Positions 13,067 through 20,649 of a stretch of 32,000 bases of DNA are shown here, piece after piece (the first letter of the stretch is position 1; the number at the start of each line of letters is the position of its first letter). The position numbers were made by a program, and so were the translations under genes. The DNA comes from Candidatus Nitrosopumilus koreensis AR1 (GTDB lineage Archaea; Thermoproteota; Nitrososphaeria; Nitrososphaerales; Nitrosopumilaceae): NCBI RefSeq assembly GCF_000299365.1, contig NC_018655.1, forward strand, positions 1,110,001-1,142,000, given 5' to 3'. The notes beneath the pieces are model-generated. The model ran no database searches, was not told where the DNA came from, and saw nothing but the letters and a program-made list of their open reading frames with translations.

Positions 13067-14209
13067 ATGCAGAAAATACTTTGGGTTTTACTGTTAATTG
13101 CAGTTATTGGGTTTTCAGTAAATCTTTCATACTCACAAGAGATGGGATTGGCAACTTTTCAGGAAACTGCACAGGTATTCATAGACAGGAGCATATCACA
13201 AAACGTTACTGCATCAATAACTCTACAAAGTACCAGCATACAAGAAATTAGAATTCCGGCAGAATTAGAACAAAAACTTAGAGAAGATGAACGAGTTCAG
13301 GCAGTAATCATTACAAATCAAGAGCAATGTGTCTTAGGGGTATTTGATGAATCATGTATAATGATTAATGTGCAAAGAGACCCATCAGCGAAAGGAATTA
13401 TTGAAATTCAAGATGCCGCTAAAGAAGTTGCACAACTATACATCGAGGATGTCAACCGCATAGTTGACACTAAAGCAGAACTTCATTCGGTTTTTGTGCA
13501 TAGCGATGATCAGACTAACAAAGCACTTGAAACATCAGGAATCATTTCAGGCAGAGGAATGGTTTCGGTAGTGTACACAATGCCTCCAGAAGACACAAAC
13601 TCCATGTATGAAAAAGTATCAGCAATTCTGATTCCAAAAATAATCAGAGATGGGGGAGGATTTTATGAAGTTGCCAAAGAATTATCTTTTGAAGAAAATG
13701 CAAAAATGACATTTTCAATAATACCTTTAGAATCAAAATCACTTTTACAGCTCAAGTTGTCAGTGGATTATCCTAACATGGCTTCAACAATTTCAGAAGT
13801 GAGTCCTTTAGATTTGTTAAAGACAGACAGAATTAACAGATCAAATTATTTTTCTACAGGATTTTATCCACTTAATTCAATCATCCAAGTAGTAATATTA
13901 TCACCTGAAAATGAAATTATTTCAAATATCAAAGGCAACATTGTTCCAACCCAAATAATAAATGATGAGAAAATTCCAACAGACGTATCAAAAGAAGGAT
14001 GGGTTTTTGATCCTCAAGAAGGACAAAGGATTCAAGGAAAATATATTTTTGGAGAAGAGACATCAATTAACAAAGACAAATTGAAATTTTCATTAGGGGA
14101 CACACAGACAACATCAAAATCACCAGACGAATCACTTGCAGTTATCATAATTATTTCAATAGTTGCAATTGCTGCAGCTTTATTCTATCTTAAAGGATAC
14201 AGAAAATAA
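13067..14209 (+). CDS. Secreted protein with a C-terminal membrane anchor (380 aa), hypothetical
   Basis: Signal peptide is MQKILWVLLLIAVIGFSVNLSYSQE. The C-terminal TM plus basic stop-transfer is LAVIIIISIVAIAAALFYLKGYRK. The overlapping ORF 13021..13251 is rejected. Confidence 0.65.
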   Translation: MQKILWVLLLIAVIGFSVNLSYSQEMGLATFQETAQVFIDRSISQNVTASITLQSTSIQEIRIPAELEQKLREDERVQAVIITNQEQCVLGVFDESCIMINVQRDPSAKGIIEIQDAAKEVAQLYIEDVNRIVDTKAELHSVFVHSDDQTNKALETSGIISGRGMVSVVYTMPPEDTNSMYEKVSAILIPKIIRDGGGFYEVAKELSFEENAKMTFSIIPLESKSLLQLKLSVDYPNMASTISEVSPLDLLKTDRINRSNYFSTGFYPLNSIIQVVILSPENEIISNIKGNIVPTQIINDEKIPTDVSKEGWVFDPQEGQRIQGKYIFGEETSINKDKLKFSLGDTQTTSKSPDESLAVIIIISIVAIAAALFYLKGYRK

Positions 14210-14761
14210 TCACAGCAAAAGGACAGCAGCTGCAAATACAGTAGTCCATTTACCATCTTTGTCGCCACGTGTTGACTGAGTAATGTTACGAGTATTGTAA
14301 ATTTCACCAGATATTTTCCACTGTTGTCTTTTTTCGTCCCAGTTTTTATCAACATCAAATGGAATTCCTAATGAAGAGGCCAACATTTGGGCTGCAATAT
14401 CCTCAGCGTAATCACCTGCCTGAGTTTCATTTTGTCCAAAAGACTCGTATTCAGAAAGATATCCATATCGTGAAGTATCTTTTGGCTGTGCAAGTCCCAC
14501 AGATGCAGCACACATTCTATGAGGTTCATTTGTTTGATTCTTGGAATAAATTGTAAACAAAATTTGCCCTGGTTTGATTTGTTTCAATCCTTCTTTTCTG
14601 GAAATTAGTTTTGCCTTTGGAGGAAAAATACTAGAAATCAAAACAAGGTTGGTCCCTGCAATACCTGCATCTCTTAATGCGTATTCAAAACTAGTTAACC
14701 TGTCTTCATGTATACCTTTTCCTTTGGTAAGAAATAGTTTCTTGGCAACTAAATCCAGCAT
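14210..14761 (-). CDS. pdaD: Pyruvoyl-dependent arginine decarboxylase proenzyme
   Basis: SFEYALRDAGIAGTNLVLISSIFPP matches the PdaD self-cleavage region (Ser-Ser site). The 183-aa length is typical. Its stop abuts the stop of the convergent upstream gene (TAA|TCA). Confidence 0.88.
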   Translation of the reverse strand: MLDLVAKKLFLTKGKGIHEDRLTSFEYALRDAGIAGTNLVLISSIFPPKAKLISRKEGLKQIKPGQILFTIYSKNQTNEPHRMCAASVGLAQPKDTSRYGYLSEYESFGQNETQAGDYAEDIAAQMLASSLGIPFDVDKNWDEKRQQWKISGEIYNTRNITQSTRGDKDGKWTTVFAAAVLLL

Positions 14762-14867
14762 TTCTGAATTTTAGAAAATGCATTATTATTTAACTTTAAT
14801 CAATATGTATCAGCCGAATTTTTGAAATCAGTATTGTAGAGATTTGGAAAAATTAATTTTTAAAAGA

Positions 14868-15110
14868 TCAATCACGTTTCTTTTTCTTTTTTCTTTTATC
14901 AGGAGCTTTTTCTGCTTGAGTCAAAAGAATAAACGTAAAGAATGCCCCCAATCCCACATTAACCACGCCCATAAAAGTGATAATCATTTTTGTTGATGGA
15001 GGGGCCACAGGAGACAAACCGATTACAATACCAAGAACACCAGTTGCAAAGAACATCATCATCAGAACTTTTACTCTGGTCGGTTCAATGTATCTCATAA
15101 CAGGTATCAA
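14868..15110 (-). CDS. Small two-TM membrane protein with a polybasic tail (KRKKKKKRD)
   Basis: 80-aa ORF with two clear hydrophobic helices. No family recognised. Confidence 0.45.
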   Translation of the reverse strand: MIPVMRYIEPTRVKVLMMMFFATGVLGIVIGLSPVAPPSTKMIITFMGVVNVGLGAFFTFILLTQAEKAPDKRKKKKKRD

Positions 15111-15183
15111 AAAACGGCATTATTATAAACTGACGGTTAAGAAAATTCTTCAGAGATCACTCCAAGAGGAACACAGGTAACAC

Positions 15184-15189
15184 TTTAAA
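15184..15189 (+). promoter_or_regulatory. TATA-like box (TTTAAA) for tRNA-Thr
   Basis: It lies 27-32 nt upstream of the mature tRNA 5' end at 15216. Confidence 0.4.
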
Positions 15190-15215
15190 CCTTCAAAAAT
15201 TTCATTTTACTTCGT

Positions 15216-15290
15216 GCCAATGTAGCTCAGCCTGGCTAGAGCATTCGCCTTGTAAGCGAAAGGTCATGGGTTCAGATCCCATCATTGGCT
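15216..15290 (+). tRNA. tRNA-Thr (anticodon UGU), no intron
   Basis: Cloverleaf: GCCAATG TA GCTC AGCCTGGCTA GAGC A TTCGC CTTGTAA GCGAA AGGTC ATGGG TTCAGAT CCCAT CATTGGC T. Length is 75 nt and no CCA is encoded. Confidence 0.93.
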
Positions 15291-15353
15291 TTAAAATTTC
15301 AATTAACAATTTGGCAATACGGTTAAGTATACTGAATTTTGGATCAATGTCAC

Positions 15354-16148
15354 ATGAGTTTTGAAGACGAGGTTAAGCAAAAGGAATTTGCTCAAAATAA
15401 ATCAAAACCAAACAGCCTTGTCATCGGATTAGTTATTGCAGTAGGAGTTGCATCGTTTTTTGCAGGAATGTACGTATCAAACATGAATTCAAATCAGATT
15501 TCACAAGAGGATCTGGATAATGCAATTGCCAAACTAGAACTCAAAATATTGCAAAACCAGATTCCTACAAATCAGCCATCACCTCCAGTAAAAATTTCAG
15601 CAGACGATGATCCAATTATTGGAAATCCAGATGCGCCAATTACAATAATAGAATTTTCAGACTTTCAATGTCCATTTTGTGCAAGATTCTATACACAAAC
15701 ACTACCATTACTTCTTGATCAATACATAGAAGAGGGCAAAGTAAAATTGGTTTTCAGAGACTTCCCAATACAGAGTATTCATCCAAATGCACTTCCAGCT
15801 TCAGTTGCAGCAGAGTGTGCAAATGAACAAGGAAAATTCAAAGAGATGCATGACATATTATTTGATAATCAAGTTCAATGGAGTAATCAAGAAACAGTTG
15901 ATGCATTGTCCATGTTTAGTCAATATGCAACTCAAATACAACTAGAGCAAGAAACATTTGATTCGTGTCTTACGAGTGGAAAGTATGTTGAAGAAATAAG
16001 AAATGATCTTGATGATGGACGAAGTTATCAAGTTACAGGAACACCAGGATTTTTCATAGGAAATGATGAGATAGGCTATGTAGAATTAAAGGGCGCACAA
16101 CCTTTTGAAAGTTTTAAAAAAGTCATTGACGCACAGTTAGCCCTTTAA
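15354..16148 (+). CDS. Membrane-anchored DsbA-family thiol:disulfide oxidoreductase (thioredoxin fold)
   Basis: It has an N-terminal TM (LVIGLVIAVGVASFFAGMYV). The DsbA-like core carries the CPFC active site (FSDFQCPFCARF) and TGTPGFFIG (cis-Pro loop). The first ATG is at 15354; the track's 15339 start is a TTG. Confidence 0.85.
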   Translation: MSFEDEVKQKEFAQNKSKPNSLVIGLVIAVGVASFFAGMYVSNMNSNQISQEDLDNAIAKLELKILQNQIPTNQPSPPVKISADDDPIIGNPDAPITIIEFSDFQCPFCARFYTQTLPLLLDQYIEEGKVKLVFRDFPIQSIHPNALPASVAAECANEQGKFKEMHDILFDNQVQWSNQETVDALSMFSQYATQIQLEQETFDSCLTSGKYVEEIRNDLDDGRSYQVTGTPGFFIGNDEIGYVELKGAQPFESFKKVIDAQLAL

Positions 16149-16159
16149 AATAACAAGCG

Positions 16160-16166
16160 TTTATTA
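16160..16166 (+). promoter_or_regulatory. TATA-like box (TTTATTA) for the DEAD-box helicase gene, implying a leader of about 55-60 nt
   Basis: It sits about 85 nt upstream of the ATG at 16249. An expected TSS near 16190 would place both leader hairpins inside the 5' UTR. Confidence 0.3.
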
Positions 16167-16196
16167 GACCTAAATTGCGACTTTATGCATCGGAAT

Positions 16197-16233
16197 AATG
16201 ACGTCTAAGCAATGAGCTTTTCGTCATTGCTTA
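16197..16233 (+). promoter_or_regulatory. Two mutually exclusive leader hairpins upstream of the DEAD-box helicase
   Basis: Hairpin A pairs AATGACG (16197-16203) with CGTCATT (16222-16228). Hairpin B pairs TAAGCAATGA (16206-16215) with TCATTGCTTA (16224-16233) as 10 perfect bp with an 8-nt loop. Both hairpins need TCATT (16224-16228). Confidence 0.45.
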
Positions 16234-16248
16234 AGAGAAGAAAATAAA

Positions 16249-17565
16249 ATGACAAAATTTCAAGAATTAGGATTAAAAGAAGATATACTAAAAGGGATTA
16301 ACGATCTTGGATTTGAGGAAGCATTTCCAATTCAAGAAGCAGTGATTCCAGTATTACTTACAGGAAGAGATGTTGTAGGACAAGCACATACAGGTTCTGG
16401 TAAGACTGCAGCTTTTTCATTATCAATGTTGCAAAAAATTCAACCAAAAAATGGCATTCAAGGGTTGATTATGGCACCCACAAGAGAACTTGCAATGCAA
16501 ATTACAGATGAGATTAAAAAATTTGGAAAATATACAGGAATTAGAGTAGCTACAGTTTATGGCGGACAAGGAATGGGAGTCCAATTTGATGCCCTTGAAA
16601 GAGGAGTAGAGATTGTCGTAGCAACACCAGGAAGGTTAATTGATCATCTCAAAAGAGGTTCAATAGAACTCAGAGACATATCCCACATAGTTCTTGATGA
16701 GGCAGATACAATGTTAGATATGGGATTTATTGATGATATTCAATTTATTTTAGATCTTGCACCTGAAGACAGAGTTATGTCATTGTTTTCAGCAACAATG
16801 CCAACAGAGATTCTCAGATTATCTGAAGAATATTTGAAAAACCCAAAGCAATTTTTGTTGGATGCAGATGATCTTAGCGGAGAGGGTATTGACCAATCAT
16901 ATTTAGTTATCAAAGACAGAGACAAATTCAAGTATCTAATTGACTTTATCAAACCAGTAAAGGGGCAATCCATTGTATTTTGTTCAACCAAATACAGAAC
17001 AAGAGATGTGGCCAAATTCTTACACCAAGAAAAATTTGATGCCGTAGCAATAGAAGGAGACATGTCCCAGCACAGAAGAGAGCAATCCATGGGAAAATTC
17101 CGTAGCGGTAAAGCAGACATTCTCGTAGCAACCGATGTTGCATCAAGAGGAATAGATGTTCCAAGAGTTGAATTAGTGATTAATTATGATGTTCCAAACC
17201 AAGAAATGGCATACTTTCACAGAATTGGAAGAACTGCAAGGGCAGGTGCAAAAGGAAAAGCAGTGACATTTGTTTCATATTCTTCTGTCGGAGATTGGAA
17301 TCTAATCAAACGTCAAATCAAAGTTCCAATCACAGATTTGAACAAAGAAATGGGAATTGAAATTGCTATTCCAGATCCTCTAAAAAGACAAATGCCATCA
17401 AGAAGGTATGGGGGTCAATCAAGATCAAACTATTCCAGAGGAGGTCGTTCTGGAGGATATGGTAGATCAGGAGGTAGACGAGACTCTAGAGACGAGAGAG
17501 GCGGAAGAAAAAGATACAATGATAGAGACAACCGAAATAGTTACGGTGGTCGCAGTAGATGGTAA
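16249..17565 (+). CDS. DEAD-box ATP-dependent RNA helicase with a C-terminal RGG/RS-rich tail
   Basis: Present are a Q-motif region (F.ELGL...GF..PIQ), AHTGSGKT, PTRELA, DEAD, SAT and HRIGRTARAG. The tail is RGGRSGGYGRSGGRRDSRDERGGRKRYNDRDNRNSYGGRSRW. Confidence 0.95.
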   Translation: MTKFQELGLKEDILKGINDLGFEEAFPIQEAVIPVLLTGRDVVGQAHTGSGKTAAFSLSMLQKIQPKNGIQGLIMAPTRELAMQITDEIKKFGKYTGIRVATVYGGQGMGVQFDALERGVEIVVATPGRLIDHLKRGSIELRDISHIVLDEADTMLDMGFIDDIQFILDLAPEDRVMSLFSATMPTEILRLSEEYLKNPKQFLLDADDLSGEGIDQSYLVIKDRDKFKYLIDFIKPVKGQSIVFCSTKYRTRDVAKFLHQEKFDAVAIEGDMSQHRREQSMGKFRSGKADILVATDVASRGIDVPRVELVINYDVPNQEMAYFHRIGRTARAGAKGKAVTFVSYSSVGDWNLIKRQIKVPITDLNKEMGIEIAIPDPLKRQMPSRRYGGQSRSNYSRGGRSGGYGRSGGRRDSRDERGGRKRYNDRDNRNSYGGRSRW

Positions 17566-17613
17566 CTGTAAAACTTAAAGACCTGAAATACGTAACTAAA
17601 TCAAGGTAAAGTA

Positions 17614-17847
17614 ATGCATAAAGGATTCATTTTATTAAATTGTGATCTCGGGGCTGAAGAATACATTGCAGATGAATTAAATCAGATGCAAGATGTAAAA
17701 AACGCGTATCTTACTTTTGGCGCATATGACGTTATTGCAGAAATCGAAACAGAGAATCAAGAAGAGTTTGAAAAAGCAATTGCCGTGATCAGAAAATTAT
17801 CCAGAGTTGTAAGTACAATGACATTGAATGTAATTCGTCCCGAATAA
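17614..17847 (+). CDS. Stand-alone Lrp/AsnC-type ligand-binding (RAM) domain protein, 77 aa, no HTH
   Basis: The pattern ...V.NAYLTFGAYDVIAEIET.......IRKL..V.ST.TL.VI matches the RAM-domain consensus (V...y.vtG.yD....v). It is a paralog of 29350..29580. Confidence 0.7.
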   Translation: MHKGFILLNCDLGAEEYIADELNQMQDVKNAYLTFGAYDVIAEIETENQEEFEKAIAVIRKLSRVVSTMTLNVIRPE

Positions 17848-17924
17848 TTGATCTAAGTTAGATTGTCAATAAAGTCATTGTAAAAACGATCAAATTCAAT
17901 TACGAAAGTTAGATTTTTTGTAAA

Positions 17925-18476
17925 TCAAGAAACAGTGATTTGCCCCCTCATTTCTGGGTGAATTGAACAATAGTAATCAAATGTGCCAGATTTATCTGCC
18001 AAAAAAGTAATTGATTCACTTTGAAAATAACCAAGATCTTTGGTATGTACATTAAATTCATCAATGTTTAGATTATGCTTAGAAGGATTTCCAGGTTGAT
18101 TCTTTTCTTCATTGATTAAATGAATTTCAACAAGATTCCCTTTTGAGGCAGAGATATGAGGAGAATTACCTGCAGAAGTAGGGAGTGATTTGCCGCCCTT
18201 AGTATGCATGTAGTGATAGCTACCTTGGGCAGACTTTACTGCCTTAAGAAATATGTTAGATGGTGGAGCAAACACAAGACTATCAGAATTAACTGGACTG
18301 AAAGAGTGAAGGATTGCAATTCCAACCAAAATAATAATTCCAGTAAGTACAGTGATTGAAATTACATTTGTACGAGATAATTTAGATGATTTTGTTATTT
18401 TTTTATTCAATAAGTAGGGATAATTTTCAGAGATATATACAATAATTAACATTGGTAACCAATACTTATACAACAT
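17925..18476 (-). CDS. Membrane-anchored small blue copper protein (cupredoxin, amicyanin-like)
   Basis: The C-terminal type-1 Cu ligand loop is YYCSIHPEMRGQITV (C-x2-H-x2-M) with an upstream His in LVEIHLIN. A TM segment is present (VISITVLTGIIILVGIAILHSF). The start is uncertain, with an alternative Met at 18455. Confidence 0.8.
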   Translation of the reverse strand: MLYKYWLPMLIIVYISENYPYLLNKKITKSSKLSRTNVISITVLTGIIILVGIAILHSFSPVNSDSLVFAPPSNIFLKAVKSAQGSYHYMHTKGGKSLPTSAGNSPHISASKGNLVEIHLINEEKNQPGNPSKHNLNIDEFNVHTKDLGYFQSESITFLADKSGTFDYYCSIHPEMRGQITVS

Positions 18477-18492
18477 TACTGCAATCAGGAAT

Positions 18493-18777
18493 ATGAAAAA
18501 TCCATTTAGTAAAAAGAATGATTGTACCCAATGCGATGCAAAGTTTTCTAATCATGAAGATTTAGTGACTCATGTTAGACATGAACACCATAAAACTATT
18601 GTAAAATGCCAAAAATGTGGTAAAGAGTTCATTCATGAAAAAGATAGACTTCATCATGCAAGAAAAGAACATGAAGAAGAAATGAGAGAAAGATCTCATA
18701 AAGAATCATACCCTGATGAATATAACACTCAAAACAGAGTTGACAGATTCAGATCTAGATTTAGTGACAAACTCTAG
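18493..18777 (+). CDS. Small protein with two classical C2H2 zinc fingers (94 aa)
   Basis: Finger 1 is CTQCDAKFSNHEDLVTHVRHEH (C-x2-C-x3-F-x5-L-x2-H-x4-H). Finger 2 is CQKCGKEFIHEKDRLHHARKEH. A basic/acidic tail follows. Confidence 0.8.
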   Translation: MKNPFSKKNDCTQCDAKFSNHEDLVTHVRHEHHKTIVKCQKCGKEFIHEKDRLHHARKEHEEEMRERSHKESYPDEYNTQNRVDRFRSRFSDKL

Positions 18778-18861
18778 TATTTTTGATAAATTTTTAATTT
18801 TTAAACAGGTTTGGTTTTGATGGAATAATTGTTATATGAGATAATTTAGGATTCTTTAAAA

Positions 18862-19152
18862 TTGCAGAAAATTGATTATGAAGCACCAGTATGGGTACTA
18901 AATTACAACAATCCCAAACCACTTTTAGATCATGCCATTCACATGTTAGAAAGACATGGCGTAAAACGTGAAGACATGGAAATTACAGAAACACCTACTG
19001 CAAAAATAGGCTCAATTGTGGTTGAAATATGGCCTTATGAACTTGTAATAGGAAGGGTGAGATCAACACGTAACGACTCTTTTATCAGCGGAACAGAGTT
19101 TACAATTGAATTAAAATTAGACGAAAATGGAAATTATATAGATTATCTTTGA
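18862..19152 (+). CDS. Hypothetical protein (96 aa if the TTG at 18862 is used)
   Basis: A TATA-like TTATATGA lies about 27 nt upstream of the TTG. The first in-frame ATG is 26 codons further in, so the start is uncertain. Confidence 0.4.
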   Translation: MQKIDYEAPVWVLNYNNPKPLLDHAIHMLERHGVKREDMEITETPTAKIGSIVVEIWPYELVIGRVRSTRNDSFISGTEFTIELKLDENGNYIDYL

Positions 19153-19838
19153 AAAAAAAGAAAATTCAAAATATCATAATTGTCGCAATTGCAATTAGTA
19201 TTATTGGAGCAATAGTAGGATACAATTATTCAGTAGAACAAAACAAGCAGAAAGGATTACAGTTTGGAATAGAATTAGAACAGATTCAACAAGATGTGAA
19301 AGATTTACAAACAAAGTTTTATTCTGAGAAAACAAGATGGAAAGAGGGAGATATAACAAAAGAAGAGTTGTTAGAGTTTTACGACAATCACTTGAAAGAA
19401 TTCAATGAGACAATTTCAAAATATGATGATCTTTCACCGCCAGAAATATTTGAAAGTTCAGTAGAATTACTAAAAATTTCATCAGAGACACAGTTGTTAA
19501 GTGATTCAGAATATATCAAATGGATAAAGACAGGGGATGAGTCAGCTAAGGTTCGTTCAGACACACAATTCCAAGAATCAGTAGAATATGAATTACAAGG
19601 ATTAGTTGAATTTTATTCAGCAAAAACAGGGATCAAAAATTATGATGAAGATGCAAAATTTGAAGCCCCACAAAGTGGATTAACACAAAAAGTCATTCAA
19701 GTTGCAGAAAATATGGCAAGTAAATGTGATGAAGAGTTCAAAAACGAGTTAGGAGAATTTGATTCAGATGAAATAGAAGTAGAGTGGTTTAACTGCACAA
19801 ATGAGGCTAAAAAATGGAAAATAGACCATCTTCCCTAG
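19149..19838 (+). CDS. N-terminally membrane-anchored hypothetical protein (229 aa)
   Basis: The TTG start overlaps the upstream stop (TTGA). MKKKKIQNIIIVAIAISIIGAIVGY is a signal-anchor, followed by a helical acidic ectodomain with 2 Cys near the C-terminus. Confidence 0.5.
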   Translation: MKKKKIQNIIIVAIAISIIGAIVGYNYSVEQNKQKGLQFGIELEQIQQDVKDLQTKFYSEKTRWKEGDITKEELLEFYDNHLKEFNETISKYDDLSPPEIFESSVELLKISSETQLLSDSEYIKWIKTGDESAKVRSDTQFQESVEYELQGLVEFYSAKTGIKNYDEDAKFEAPQSGLTQKVIQVAENMASKCDEEFKNELGEFDSDEIEVEWFNCTNEAKKWKIDHLP

Positions 19839-19884
19839 TTGAAAATTAAAATCACAAAAACTACTTTAAAGAACCATACAAAGA

Positions 19885-20649
19885 ATGATTGTGGAGAAAA
19901 TTTTCATCATAGGTATTATTTTTGCAAGTATGGTACCAATGATATTTGCTGATGTCTACATACAAAATGACCAGCAATACATTGGAGACGATGGTTCGTT
20001 TCACATAGTTGGAGAAATTGTGAATAATCTGGAAGTGCCACTGAATCAAATTAGCGTACAAATTTCATTGTTTGATGAAAATCAGAAAATAATTCAGAAA
20101 AAAGAGACAAAATCATTAGTAAACACAGTCATGCCAGGAATGAAGGGACCGTTTGATCTAATTCTAACAAATAATGAAGCAAAGGACATAAGATCATACT
20201 CTCTAGAGTTAGACTATCAGGCTAGCTCACCAAAAAACCAAGTGATTGACATTACTGATTCAAAACTAACAAGAGATAATCACAATAATCTAATGATTAC
20301 AGGAACTGTTGTCAACAACGGAGAGATTACAGCAAACACAATATCAGTGATTGCGACACTTTATGATAAACAAGGAAATGTGGCAGCAGTGTCAAAAGCA
20401 AATCCCGAACCAGATTATCTAAGAGCAGAAGACAGTGCATTCTTCTTATTATCAGTTTCAGACAAAATCCAGACTAGGGAAATTAACGATTATACTTTGA
20501 TTGCAGAATCAGAAGAGTATGCAGCAGTACCAGAATTTCCCATAGGCACAGTCATTTTGTTGATTCTAACATTATCAGCATATATTGGAATTACAAGGTA
20601 CTCAGGCAGAATCATAACAAACCTCTTTTCTGCAACAAATCTAAAGTAG
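19885..20649 (+). CDS. Secreted protein with two FxLYD/DUF3426-like beta-sandwich repeats and a PEF-type C-terminal sorting signal (putative archaeosortase substrate)
   Basis: There is a signal peptide (IIGIIFASMVPMIFADV). The repeats are IVGEIVNN..VPLNQISVQISLFDENQKI and ITGTVVNNGEITANTISVIATLYDKQGNV. The C-terminus is VPEFP-IGTVILLILTLSAYIGI-TRYSGR (motif, TM, basic). Confidence 0.65.
   Translation: MIVEKIFIIGIIFASMVPMIFADVYIQNDQQYIGDDGSFHIVGEIVNNLEVPLNQISVQISLFDENQKIIQKKETKSLVNTVMPGMKGPFDLILTNNEAKDIRSYSLELDYQASSPKNQVIDITDSKLTRDNHNNLMITGTVVNNGEITANTISVIATLYDKQGNVAAVSKANPEPDYLRAEDSAFFLLSVSDKIQTREINDYTLIAESEEYAAVPEFPIGTVILLILTLSAYIGITRYSGRIITNLFSATNLK

Noticed and set aside
13021-13251. 76-aa ORF overlapping the 5' end of 13067..14209.
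   Set aside because: It is in a different frame from the 380-aa ORF, which begins with a textbook signal peptide. The 76-aa product is Asn/Thr-rich and looks like noise.
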